A DNA stretch of 36,124 nucleotides, from the NCBI GenBank assembly GCA_032718475.1, contig JAUCBJ010005240.1:1-36124 (forward strand), read 5' to 3'. Numbering within the stretch: position 1 is the stretch's first letter; every line of letters begins with the position of its first letter. Below are positions 1-11,917 of the stretch, one piece after another. Position numbers and translations under genes: made by a program. The DNA is from Nemertoderma westbladi (Eukaryota > Animalia > Xenacoelomorpha). A model generated the notes under the pieces. It saw nothing but the letters and a program-made list of their open reading frames with translations, was not told the DNA's origin and did no database searches.

Positions 1-616
1 TGTACACTATTCAATGTGGACAATGAATATGGTGTTTTAAATAAGGGATTTACGGAAACAGATCTTGAAATAACGAAGTGCATACTTCCAGATATGGTGA
101 AGGAAGACATTGAAAGAGAATATGAGACTGAAGTTTTCGAGCAAATTAATGGTAAGATGGTACTATTTGCCGCTCATTCTTTTATTGGGGAAGTTGGTTG
201 GTTCTTTAGTTGTATTCTACGAATCACTGGAGATTTTGAATCAAGTGATGCCAAGTATGATAAGGTGAGCAATCCACCAGCTACAAACCTGTTCGCACCA
301 TACACGATGTTTATCTTACAATTCCTGCAAGGGAAGTACCACTATATAATCTACACTGAATCACCAATATTCAATGGCCCTCAAACACATTCTCGTGTGG
401 CTCGTTCCTGCCAAGGTGAACCTCATGGAAAAAATTTTTCGACATTCGTGAAGGCAGATATTTCATCATCCTGTCGGTTTGAGTCAGAGAAGTATGTCGA
501 CACTAGCGGCCAGTCATGGTACAGACGGGTCTTGGATTCGTATTCAATTACTTCAGCACATGTTGTGGACGACGGGGGTGATACTTATATCTATACATTG
601 TTTACCATGCTTAGAG
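1..616 (+). CDS. Coding exon(s) of a Sema-domain protein (semaphorin/plexin-like); 5' boundary not resolved
   Basis: Frame of ORF 16..711 reads YHYIIYTE...HSRVARSC...FSTFVKADISSSC...IYTLFT, matching the Sema pattern YFFFRE...SRVARVC...TTFLKARLxC...YGVF. Strong splice donor AG|GTAAGT at 617 (phase 1). Other GTRAG sites at 152 and 265 could be donors but could not be confirmed. Confidence 0.8.
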
Positions 617-791
617 GTAAGTTTCTTAAGTATCAAACATTGCCTGACTTGTTCATGTTCATATGTTTTTACTTGGCCTACCACTCCCTTCTTTATTCAA
701 AAATTCCATAACGCATGATAAAAGGAATGGGTCAACTGCCCATGCATGGATGTTTTCAGAGGATTATAGGAAGATGAAGCAAAAACTTTAA

Positions 792-2010
792 CCATATTAA
801 ACCCCCCCCCCCCCCCCCCCCCCACCCCCGGGGGGACCAACCCCCGTGGTTTTTTTGCTATAACTCTGAAACAAACGCAGTTGGGAATGTGACATTGTAT
901 GACTTTTGCTAAAATAATATTGTCTTCATGATTGTGAAAACGGTTTTCAAAGATATTGGGAAGTTTTCGAGTTATAGCACCACCATTTCTCATTCCTACT
1001 ATTGGCACTGTTTTGTTACATTTTTTGAAAATTACATTTCATGACATTATTATGACATATCATTCATTAAACATCTCTATTTTTGATTTACACCGTTTTT
1101 TTGGTGTTTGCAATTACATGGAACTCATATAAAATAATTTAGAAATTTCAAACTTGTTTTTTAGGCGTGTGTCAAATTTTGGTGCCAGCACCAAATTTTG
1201 AAATATGTCAATTTTGTAAATTGATTATTTAACCTGTTTTTTGAGCAATAAGGGTTTTTGGGTTTCTCGTTTCGATGGAATATATACGAGTTGTACCAGG
1301 CGTATCAAACTTGTATTTTTCGGTGCTGTGTGCAAAATTTGGTGGCGGCACGAAATTTTGAAAATCCATTCAATAGTTCAATTGATTGTGACAACTTATT
1401 TCTCGCATTTTAGCGGTTTATGGCGGTTCTAAATTTAATGGAATATAAATTTATCTTACAAGACATCTCAAACTGTATTTTTTGGAAGTGGGTGCAAATT
1501 TTGTGCTAGCACCAACGTTTAAAACCCATCATATATATCAATTGAAAGTTCTTGTTCCTTGCGTTATACAGGATTGTGAGGGTTCTGAATTCAATGGAAT
1601 AAGTAAAAATTGCATATGAGTTCTGAAAGTTGTATTTTTCGGTGGTAGTTGAAATTTTTTGTGCCAACACTAAATTTTGAAAAAAAGCAAGTTGATCAGT
1701 AGATAGTAACATCTTGTTTCTTGCGTTGTACGGGTTTATGAGGGTCCTGAATCCGATGGAATCAATAAAAACACCACTGGACATCTCAAACTTGTACGTT
1801 TTGTTGATGGGTACGAAATTTGGTGCTAGCACCAAAATTTGCAATAAGACGCCGAAATATACCATTAGCAATGATCTGGATAATTTGAAATGTATTCCAT
1901 TAGAATCAGCGCACCCGAAAACCTCAAAATATGAATTTATAGCATCGTATAAATCAATTAAAATTTTTGAGTTCAATCTACGTACAATAAAACATCAGAC
2001 GTTTTCGTTA
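792..2010. mobile_element. Truncated non-autonomous piggyBac-like DNA element (copy A)
   Basis: Starts TTAA|CCATATTAAACCC and is colinear with the complete copy at 29073-30643 (e.g. ctgaaacaaacgcagttgggaat, recurring ggtgctagcaccaaattt, cagacgttttcgt near 2000). The right terminus is missing. Confidence 0.8.
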
Positions 2011-2699
2011 AAATCTCTCATCTCGATGATATATGATTTATACCCATAGATAACGACGTATAATGCTTTTATTAATACATTTTACATATTTTACAATACG
2101 GTTTTACTGCTCCTGCTGGCACCTATAGGCCTACTGCTTACATAGGAGATATTATTCTTTGAAGTCGCCGCACTGGTATACGACTAGGCTGTTGAGATGT
2201 CTCTGTGTCCTAGGGCGCCCGCTTGTTGCGGCTGCCACGCTAAGAAAGGGCGATGCATTCGTTGCGTGTGCGTCAAACAGGGTCGCCCTTGCACGTCATG
2301 TGCCCCTTCGATAAGCAGTCTGTGCGAAAACGCGTTGGGGTCCGTTAATTCGCAGCCAAACATTTCCTTCGACGACAAAAGCGCCGATCGATGCTCTCCA
2401 TCAAGGAGTTCGACGCAGCCAATGGTTAACGTGCATTCGGGAGATGTATATATCCTAGATGAGACTCTTCTAGATTCGGACAGGACGTTAGATGGGTTTG
2501 ATAGCGTTGTCACGAGCTCTTCTCCTTCAACTACAATGAGGGCGGTTTCCCATTCTAACTCTTCCTGGATAACATCTCCCACGAAGGTAGGGAGAGATCT
2601 GTCCCCAGGCGAGGCACAGGCTCGAGCAACAGCAATACTTGACAGGGCCCGTCGTGGTAGTGAAGCAATAGCTTATCAGTCATCTTCCTTGGGTGAGGG

Positions 2700-3990
2700 A
2701 GTGTCGGAAGTTGGTTCGGTACTTCCCGTTTCTGGCGTCGGTGAGTCGGTCCCTTCGGTATCTGGGATTGGTGAGTCGGTTCCCCTAGTGTCTGGATTAG
2801 GTGAGTCGGTTTCTTCGGTGTCTGGGGTTGGTGAGTCGGTTCCTTCAGTGTCTGGAGTCGGCGAGTCGGTTCCTCGGGTGTCTGGGGGCGGTGAGTCAGT
2901 CAGTTCAGTGTCTAGAGTCGGTGAGTCGGTTTCTCAAGTGTATGGAATCGGTGAGTCGGTTCCTCAAGTGCTTGGGGTTGGTGAGTCGGTTCCTCAGCTG
3001 TCTGGAGTAGGTGAGTCGGTTCCTTCGGTGTACGGGGTCGGTGAGTCAGTTCCTTCACTGTCTGGAGTAGATGAGTCGGTTCCTTCGGTGTCCGGAGTTG
3101 GTAAGTTGGTTACTCAAGTGTATGGGGTCGGTGAGTACGTTCCTCAAGAGTCTGGAATCGGTGTGTCGGTTTCTCAATTGTCTGGAGTCGGTGAGTCAGT
3201 TCCTCAAGTTTCTGGAGCTAGTGAGTCGGTTCCTCAAGAGTCTGGGATTGGTGACTCGGTCCCTTCAGTGTCTGGAGCTGGTGAGTCGGTTCTTTCAGTC
3301 TCTGGAGTCGGCGAGTCGGTTCCTCATGTGTCTGGGGTCAGAGAGTCAGTTCGTTTAGTATCTAGAGTCGGTGAGACGGTTTCTGAAATGTATGGATTCG
3401 GTGAGTCGGTTCCTCAAGTGTCTGGGGTCGGTGAATCGGTCCCTTCAGTGTCTGGAGTCGGCGAGTCGGTTCCTCATGTGTCTGGGGTCAGAGAGTCAGT
3501 TTGTTTAGTGTCTAGAGTCGTCGGTGAGTCGGCCCCTCAAGTGTCTGGAATCGGTGGGTCGGTTCCTTCATTGTCTGGAGTCGGTGAGTCGGTTCCTCAA
3601 GTGTCTAGGGTTGCTGAGTCGGTTCCTGAAGAGTATGGGGTCAGTGAGTTGGTTCCTTTTGTGTCTGGAGTCGGTGAGTCAGTCCCTTCAGTATCTGGAG
3701 TCGGTGAGTCGGCCCCTCAAGTGTCAGGAGTCCGTGGATCGGTTCCTTCATTCTCTGGAGTCGGTGAGTCGGTCCCTCGAGTGTCTGGGGTTGGTGAGTC
3801 GGTTCCTCAAGAGTATGGTGTCTGTGAGTTGGTTCCTTCAGTGTCTGGAGTCGGTGAGTCAGTCCCTTCAGTATCTGGAGTCGATGAGTCGGCCCCTCAA
3901 GTGTCTGGAGTCGGTGGGTCACTTCCTTTGGTGTCTGTTATCAGTGTGTCGGTCCCTTCGGTGTCTGTTGGTATTGGTGTGTCGGGCACT
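2700..3990 (+). repeat. 30-bp coding minisatellite (~43 units, SGVGESVPxV)
   Basis: Repeated tctggagtcggtgagtcggttcctcaagtg variants, in frame with no stops in ORF 2197..6738. Confidence 0.95.
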
Positions 3991-5730
3991 CAAGGGTCTG
4001 AGGTCGGCTCGTCAGGGCCTCCAATGTCTGGAGCTGGCACGTGTCCAGTATGTTTGAGGGTCTTTGGAATAAAAGCCAATGGGACTCTGCGCACACATGG
4101 CCCACCTGCCAACCGGTGCCTGGGATCTAGTGTCCAGCCAGATGCTTCAGCCTCCTTGCAAGGTCCCCCCGTGCCCGTATTCCTCTCACAACCTCCACAA
4201 CATTCATCAATAATATACCATTCACTACCTTCTGGCTCTCTCACAAGTCACCACCGGTTAGACCCTCCCTCGACTAATGACTCTTACGTCAGTGACATTT
4301 TCTGTGACAGTTTACTGGACGAAACCGTTATTGCACAGAACATCACTTCCAGTACGACTCTGATTGCCCCATCATCCCTGCCGGAGGTCCCCACCCCGGC
4401 ACTCCCAGACTTCCACTCATGCACGCTCGCGTTTAACTGGAACGGTATTCCCGGTGAGGTTTACCTGAGTCGCCTCAAACTAGCATACGACGAGATAGCT
4501 CACTGGAACTCCAGTTTGTTCGAGATTCCTCGATCTCAGGCGGGTAAAGAGTTTATATCGGCGATGACTAAACTGCTAAATGCGTTTGGCGAGGGTTCCA
4601 GTATGGAGGGCTTGGCGATGTATGCAGTCATGGTAATGCCCAAATTAATGCTGCAAGCTGCGACGAGACTGGTTGAACCTGGTGGCAGTGTGAGTAAGAC
4701 TCTGCAGTGGAGGTTGGAACTATGGCGGGAAGTAAACATTGAGGAACTCTTACTTGAAGGGCGCGCTCTGGTTGCTCGCAGGAAGGGCTTCGGGAATAAA
4801 ATACACCCGGACCATTCCCGGAAGCGGTTTATTCACGCTATGAACAAAGGCCGAGTCGGCGCCACGGTAGATATCGTTGAAGATGGCACTGGTTCCAGAG
4901 TCCTTGGGATTGATGAGGAAATCGGTGGAAAAACGGTAAAGGATATTCTAATAGAAAAACACCCTGAACCGGGTCCAATAGATCCCTCTTTAATCGAAAC
5001 CTCCTGGCCAGATTCTGTAGATTTTCATCCCGCGGTCTTTGATAGCATCAATAGTGACGCTGTGCTCTCCTGTGTACTCCACTCCCACGGTTCCCCAGGT
5101 CCCTCCGGCCTCGATGCAGACGCCTGGCGATGCGCCATGACAGCCTTCGGTAATGTATCCTGCGACCTTAGGAAGGCCGTGGCAGGGGTAGTGAGGCGTT
5201 TGGCGACGGAACACATCGACTCCGCGAGTTTACTTCCCTACAACGCGAGTCGGTTAGTGCCACTCGATAAACAACCAGGGGTTCGACCAATTGGTGCGGG
5301 CGAGGTATTACGGAGGATTATTGGGAAGGTGGTCGGGAGGATAGCGAAGTTCGACCTTGGTGAGCTGGCGGGTAACACCCAACTGTGTGCGGGGCAAGTC
5401 GGTGGTATAGAACACGCTGTGCATGCCCTACGGGAACACTTTGAACAGCCTGAATGCGACGGCCTCCTTTTGATTGACGCAAAGAATGCGTTCAACGCCT
5501 TGAATCGCCGTTTAACCCTTCTGAACTGCCATGTACTTTGTCCAGTTCTCTTCACCATCCTAACCAATTCCTATCGGGAACCGTCGCCGCTTTTCGTAGG
5601 AAATGACGTTATCTGGTCGCAAGGGGGGTCAACCCAAGGGGATTCTCTGGCGATGCAGATGTTTGCAGTCGGCACATTGCCAATGGTTAAGAAACTAGAA
5701 CCTATTCTTATGAATTGCCACACGTATGTG

Positions 5731-6690
5731 GCTTCCCCCGTCCAACCTTTGGGTTCCCCCCACCAACCATCGGGTCCCCCCCTCAAACCGGCGGGTTTCC
5801 CCTTCCAACCGGCGGTTTCCCCCCTCCAACCTCCGGATTCCCCCCTCCAACCGGTGGGCTCCCCCCTCCAACCTTTGGAATCCCCCATCAAACCTTCGGG
5901 CTCCCCCCTCGAATGGGCGGTTTCCCCCCTTCAACCATCGGGTTCCCCCCACCAACCTTTGGGTTCCCCCCTCCAAACTTCGGGTTCCCCCCTCAAACCT
6001 CCGGGTTCCCCCATCAAACCTACGGGCCCCCCGCTTCAACCGGCGGTTCCACCCTCCGACCTTCGGGTCCCCACCCCCAACCAGTGGGTTCACCCCTCCA
6101 ACCATCGGGTTCCCCGCTCCAATTCTCGGGTCCCCCCCTCCAACCATCAGGTCCCCTCCTTCAACTATCGGGTACCCCCTCCAACATTTGGGTTCCCCCC
6201 TCCAACTATCGGGTTCCCTCTTCCAATCTCCGGGTTCCCCCTTCCAACCTTTGGGTTCCCCCCTCCAACCTTCGGGTTCCCCCCTCCAACAGGCGGGTTC
6301 CCCCTTCCAACCTTTGGGTTCCCCCCTCCAACCTTCGGGTTCCCCCCTCCAACAGGCGGGTTCCCCCTTCCAACCGGTGGGTTCCCCCCTCCAAGCGGAG
6401 GGTTCCCCCCTCCAACCGGTGGTTCCCCCCTCCAACTGGCGGGTTCCCCCCTCCAACCAGGGGGTTCCCCCCTCCAACCTTCGGGTTCCCCCCTCCAACC
6501 TTCGGGTTCCCCCCTCCAACCGGCGGGTCCCCCCAACAACCATTGGGTTCCCCCCTCCCAACGGCGGGTTCCAAATTCCAACAGGCGGGTTCCCCCTTCC
6601 AACAGGCGGGTTGCCCCCTCCATCAGGCAGGTTCCCCCCTACAACCACAACCGGCGGTTTCCCCCCTACAACCGGCGGTCTCCTCCACCC
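5731..6690 (+). repeat. 21-bp minisatellite (~45 units, GSPLQPx heptad) inside the RT domain
   Basis: Repeated ggttcccccctccaaccNNNN units between the QGD and YADD motifs. Confidence 0.95.
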
Positions 6691-8845
6691 AACCAGGGGT
6701 TTACCCAGACCGAGAGGCGGTTTCATCGGATCCGATGACCTTTCCGGGTATCCACAAGTGGTATGCGGATGATGGCAGCGCTGCTGGTAACCTCGGAATG
6801 CTACGTGACTATTGGGAGGAAGCGGCTACCATCGGGCCTGGCTATGGATATTACCCCACAAAGGCATTTCTTATTGTGAAGAACTCAAAGCGCGAAGAGG
6901 CCAACGCGATGTTCTCTGGCCTCCCTGTTGAAGTGGTCGATGGTCATTGAGTCCTGGGGTCCGTAATAGGGTCCACATCCTACTGTGCTGGGTATCTGGA
7001 GAAGCGAGTTGATGACATCTGTCGCCAACTAAAACACCTCAACGATTTCGCAGTGACTGCTCCCCACCCAGCTTACAGATGCCTGGTCCGTGGCTTACAG
7101 CCGAAGGTAAACTTCTTGGCTCGCACCACACCCGGGTTAGTCGGTCACTTGGATCGAGTTGAGGAAACGCTCTCCAGCACAGTCATCCCGACACTCACTG
7201 GCAGATACCCACCCGGCCTTTCGGAACGACAGCTGCTGGCACTCCCTGTGAGGGAGGGGGGGCTAGCTATAAATCAACCTCAGGATGAGGTGGAAAGCTA
7301 TGAGAAGTCGTTGCGACTCTGCGAGCCCCTACGGTGTTCGGACCCAGCCGCTCGTACAACACAGCAGACCATCCTGTGTGAGATCCGCAAGGAGCAGGAT
7401 GAGGCTGTGAAGACTCGATGTGCGGCGGTTGATGCTCAACTGTCCGGAGACGCCCTCTACCATCGGACACTGGCGAAGGAGCGTGGAGCGTCAGCATGGC
7501 TCTCGGCCCTACCCATTTCCAGATACAACTTTTCCCTACACAAATCCGCTTTCCAGGATGCGTTGTGTCTGCGATTTGGGTGGGAGCCCCCGAGGCTGCC
7601 CACCAACTGCTCCTGCGGTGCTGTATTCACCATCTCCCACTCCCTCCATTGCCCTATGGGAGCCTACCCGATCGTGCGGCACAACGAGGTCCGCGATTTC
7701 CTTGCCGAGCTCCTCCGCGAGGTCGCACACGACGTTGAGGTGGAACCACATCTCCAGCCGATCGAGGGCGAGTCTTTCCGCCTGAGATCTGCTACGGTAG
7801 ACCCGGAGGCCCATCTGGACGTTGCGGCGAGTGGGCTGTGGGGTGGGCGCTTTGAGCGGGTGTATATCGACGTCAAGGTATTCAACCCTCTGTGCTCCTC
7901 CAATCCTCGCTCCATGGATGCTGCTTACAGCAAACATGAGCGAGAGAAACGGAGGAAGTACGAGGAGAGAATCAATGACGTCGAGCACGCCGGCTTCTCG
8001 CCTTTTGTAATTGCTACAACTGGTGGGGCCAGCCCCTCAGCCCACGCGCTCCTCACACGCATTGCGCTCCTACTGTCGGCGAAACGGGACGCTCCCTACT
8101 CGCAGACTCTCTCCCTCATCAGGACTCGGTTGAGTTTCGCCCTCCTCCGTTCCTCCATCATGTGCCTCCGGGGCGCACGGAAGCCGAAGGCTAGGCTGGC
8201 AACGAGACAGACGATGCGGGAGACCGGCGTGAGCACGGCTGTAGCCGAGGCTGGGATTGCGTTAAATAGTTTCAACAATAATTATTAATTACCTACAATT
8301 TGTTGACATTAATTAATTCATTATGCTGCTTGTTTGTTAATGTTTATTTTATTTGTGATTGAAATAAAGAAATTGTTCATTTGGTTGAGAATTAATACAT
8401 ATTTTATTTCACTTCACATCCACTCTGGTCCTTTTAATACGCATACATTTCATATAAATTTAAATTTAATACCCATATATTTTATCTCATTCCATATGAC
8501 ATCCAGTCTGTCTCATAATTATTAGCAATGCCCCAATAGTGGAATATTTCTTATCTATTACAGTATATTTTTCAGTCTAACATTAAAATACAGTAATAAT
8601 TTTAATTCGGTGTAGTTTAAATGTCTCTGCTGGATTACGTATGGATTTCTAGAGAGGCGAACATCAGATAGGGATAATCCCGTAGCACCGGAGATATACA
8701 GTACATAAGATTTATTAAATTTTAATTTACAGAATTCTTAATTTTATTAAAAATATATATTTTACAATGTGTGCTTCAAATTTTACTATATTGATGAAGG
8801 ATAATACTAATATTTAAATTCAAATATCTGAATTTATGTTATTAG

Positions 8846-8984
8846 GTTCCAGTAATGCCTCGAGTGTTTGCGTTTTCAAACTATCCAATATTGATAAAAT
8901 GTTTGATAAAGGAGATTTCTATGGTGTGGAGAAGATACCATCACCTCGCCCTGGATCTTGTAATGTATCCACTGCTACAACCGA
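8846..8984 (+). CDS. Next coding exon of the Sema-domain gene (not in the ORF track)
   Basis: Translates GSSNASSVCVFKLSNIDKMFDKGDFYGVEKIPSPRPGSC, matching Sema SAVC.F...I...F..G.F...P.PRPG.C. AG acceptor at 8844-8845; donor is either GTTAGT at 8985 or GTAAT at 8960. Confidence 0.85.
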
Positions 8985-9239
8985 GTTAGTTATTTAAATA
9001 ATAATTTAAATTGTTTCACTAATATTTTCATAAATTTATATTAAATGTAATTAGACAAGCTATGCGACTGGTAACTTACAGTATTTATAATTACAGTCAT
9101 TCTAAAAAAAACCCTAAAGAAATTTGTATTCAAAATTTGCGATTAGTTTTGGGTAGCCTCCTATTTATTGCTATTGACTCCACTACTCCAATGCATCCAA
9201 TGCATTTCCAAGTGCATTAATTAATTATGCCATTAAAGT

Positions 9240-9600
9240 ATTACAGCTCTAACGATCACAAATTTTCGATTAAAAATTTCAAGGTTATTTGCCCGGCCAG
9301 GAAATTAACCGACCTCCTCATTATAGAGTCATTGTTAATTAAAAAAATTAAAATCCAGCGAGCCTCAATACCCAATAAAATTCCGTACCGCTTTATCTAT
9401 TATAATATAGTTACAATTTTTGATATATTTGTTGATATATTTCTAAATGGAATTATTTATACAGTATATAATAATAGGCCTCATTGTTTATATTTAGTAC
9501 CGTACCGTACACATTACTGACTTTGTTTCTGCTGTAACAGTATTTTCTATGCACTGATGATGGTTGTTCTTGTATGACGCGAAACGTTTGCAATATTAAC
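9240..9600 (+). mobile_element. Degenerate Penelope-like element 3' remnant (end of GIY-YIG domain plus ribozyme)
   Basis: HKFSIKNFKVI...LLIIESLLIKK resembles the C-terminal ESLxIK motif of Penelope GIY-YIG endonucleases, followed ~200 nt later by a hammerhead core. Confidence 0.65.
9550..9592 (+). ncRNA. Minimal type I hammerhead ribozyme motif
   Basis: tgca-CTGATGA-tggttgttcttgtatgacgc-GAAAC-GTT-tgca: both core boxes, palindromic AACGTT stem III, 4-bp stem I; stem II imperfect. Confidence 0.65.
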
Positions 9601-9945
9601 CGGTATTTGTTTTTTTTATACTGTTTTTTAAACGATGAATTTTAAAAGTTTTATGTTGGTTCTAATTGCGTTGACTTCCCTCAGATTCCTTAAAAACAAT
9701 TCAATAATTAATTAGATATAATTAATATAATTATCATTAATTAATTATAATTAGATACTAATTAAATACAATTTCGTAGTTGGTGATACGCAATAAACTT
9801 CGCCTTCAAGAAAGAGCGAAGTAATTGACTCACGTTCCTATCTTCGCCATGAAACTGTATACCTACCCGGTCATTTTATTCATTCAATATCAGGATGGGG
9901 AATTTACTAGTACTAGGATCGGCATGCTGTATTGCAGCTGCATTT

Positions 9946-10203
9946 TTAAGAATGCTGTACTGTCTTGTCGACAAAATTGTGGCGCCACAACTCCCTATCA
10001 CCAATGACATTTGCTAGATCATCCGTATCTTCAAGGCCAGTTACCTTTGAGATGCCACTCAAAAAAGTCATGGGCTATCCACCAAGCTTATTCACTCCAT
10101 GAGGCTGCCAAAGCACAAAATAATGCACTGGCTCGTCCTCACGGCGAAAGCAATGTCCTGCAAAGCGGAGGCAACTTTGTTCTAGTGTCAAGCTTGAGGG
10201 AAC
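9946..10203 (-). pseudogene. C-terminal fragment of an RTE-type LINE ORF
   Basis: Manual minus-strand translation LRFAGHCFRREDEPVHYFVLWQPHG...GG*P...GDRELWR matches the RTE tail RLR(W/F)AGH...GRP...DRxxWR; one in-frame stop. Confidence 0.75.
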
Positions 10204-10538
10204 CATTAGCTACTACAAAAAATTTATAGAAGAAAGTAGGATGTAGGAACCATTGTCAAAATTACTAGCTAAACCTACCTAAAACACTAGCTACCATAAA
10301 ATTTAGTATCTTGCTTAACGAGGAGACTTCAATTCAGTCAAATTAAATAATTATATCAAAATATCAAACTGGTCTCTTTTTTAATGGCCTCAAAATGCAG
10401 CTTATTAGGTCGTGTATATATATTAGGCCATGGGAGCGTTATATAAAATGCTATATCTCAAAAACGGCACGACAGATTTGGAAAAAAATTTAGCAGCGGT
10501 TTTCTGTCAACCATATCAATCGTTTTATAAAATAAAAA

Positions 10539-11191
10539 TGTGACGGGATCAAGGGATCCCGACCGGGTTGATCGTTTCGTACGCGTCACCGCAGGCTGGG
10601 ATGTCACTGGTTGTTTGGCCGAGGCCGTTAGAGAAAATTGAATTGAGTTAATGCTGTTGTTCGACGGTCTGATATAATACCGATAGCACAGTTGATGTAA
10701 TGTATTAGGTTAATTAGATGCAGATGAGTAAACCGGTAATAGTGACTAAATAGCCAATGTTGTTAATGGCGATGATGACGGTGAAACAATATCGCCCGTC
10801 TGCACTGAAACTGACAACTGAGTAAACTGATTCACAAACCGGTAGCAAGTAGATAATATACGACACACCAATATTACTCTACTACTACATTACTGTGGCC
10901 TCTTACCTAGTGGATGCTATCCTTCGCCCCTATTGGCTAATAACCTACTTCACGCCTTTCACTCTATGGGAGTGTCCCCCCCCCCCCTGTTACTAGCCCC
11001 TGCTGGCTGTTTCCCTTTCCGAGGTGGATTGACCTCTAACCTCCCTTTGTGTGGCTTTGGGGTTTGTACTGTCCCCCGATGTTGGTTGTGATACGAGAAT
11101 AGTTATTGCTAATCTCGTATCTCCAACATATTGCTGAAAATGCCACTTCCCATTTTATGAGGGTAATGCGGCGGAATTGAATCCACTTACA
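10539..11191 (-). repeat. 3' LTR of BEL copy 1 (653 bp)
   Basis: TGT...ACA ends with imperfect inverted repeat (TGTGACGGGATC / GAATCCACTTACA), repeated at 24167. Confidence 0.88.
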
Positions 11192-11200
11192 CTCCCCCCC
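11192..11200 (-). promoter_or_regulatory. Polypurine tract of copy 1
   Basis: Minus strand GGGGGGGAG directly before the LTR start TGTAAG; same arrangement at 26783-26790. Confidence 0.8.
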
Positions 11201-11917
11201 ATGCTATCTTCCCGGTGGGAAGATAGCATCATCTACAAGTGCGCTTCAATGCGGAACCCGATCTACTATCGGGTGTGGGGTGGAGTTCTTTTCTTGGAGT
11301 CGGCTTTCTAGGCCGCTCCCTCTGGGTATGATATTACTACCCCTTCTTGGTGCAACCTCAACCTATGTTGCACCAAGATATCTGATGTCTCTGTTCGAGA
11401 CAATTGTGGTCTCTTCTCACTCAATTTCATATCTCCTCACTCTAAACTGACTCTAACTTCACTCTACTCTAACTCCACTCTACTCTATCTTACTCTCGGA
11501 CTTGTCTGTCCCTTACTCTGCTTCATACTGTTCGCTCCCCACACTTGAATTGCACCCGTATACTTTCCACACGCGTCAACACCTCATCTCACTATCTCCC
11601 TGCGCTCCTGTACTCAACCCTTACTCGTTTCGCTCCACTCACTCCTGACGAGCCTCACCCTCCCCTTTCATGCCGTCGCACTCAAGAAGTGTGATTCGTC
11701 TAGTGTCTCATCCTCCTGTCATAGTCAATTGGTCCCCAGTCCCAGTAGCTAGTTGGAAAAGGTTACATGACTATAGTACTTACTTTGATTATATTGATTC
11801 TAATTATACTCTATTGATTATTACATACGTACATACTAATTGCACTTTTATTAAATTTGCACGTATTACTTCGAATGTGGTGCCTTCCAGGCATCCCCAC
11901 ATCTCCTCCTCCAAGAC

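Larger units (their letters stand above)
2197..8288 (+). mobile_element. CRE-type non-LTR retrotransposon, single ORF (Cys-rich N-terminus, zinc finger, RT, CCHC, restriction-like endonuclease), disrupted
   Basis: N-terminal CCGC...CIRCVC...CTSC; CPVC...H...C finger; RT motifs PGPSGLD, RLVPLDK-PGVRPIG-GEVLRRIIGK, IDAKNAFN, QGDSLAM, WYADD; C-terminal CSCG...HSLHC, RHNEVRD, LDVAASG, IDVKV, EREKRRKY. Net frameshift inside the 21-bp repeat and an in-frame TGA at 6948-6950 (GH*VLG, likely CGA>TGA); frame then continues into ORF 7053..8288. Confidence 0.9.
617..8845 (+). other. ~8.2 kb intron of the Sema-domain gene, expanded by TE insertions
   Basis: GTAAGT at 617 and ttattAG ending at 8845; joining them restores the frame (G|GT = Gly) and gives consecutive Sema motifs. 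Confidence 0.75.

Noticed and set aside
1241-2049. ORFs inside the piggyBac-like element (also 29301-30522)
   Set aside because: No transposase motifs; they reflect the internal repeats and are not consistently open between copies.
2700-3990. CRISPR-like array
   Set aside because: Contiguous tandem units with no unique spacers, in a eukaryotic coding frame, no cas genes.
5724-6708. Repeat removed as an intron (GTATGT...CAG)
   Set aside because: Splicing to the AG at 6708 or 6696 does not restore the YADD frame.
5695-6772. Several long overlapping Pro/Gly/Arg-rich ORFs on both strands (collagen-like or Pol II CTD-like)
   Set aside because: By-products of a stop-poor 21-bp repeat; no Gly-X-Y or YSPTSPS consensus.
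9780-9820. Third Sema exon (AG...GTAATT)
   Set aside because: Phases compatible with the previous exon hit stop codons; no Sema motif.
10400-10538. End of a small DNA transposon next to the LTR
   Set aside because: No matching opposite terminus found in the window.
10530-10538. Target-site duplication for BEL copy 1
   Set aside because: Left flank (taaaaa) does not match the right flank (tgatac).
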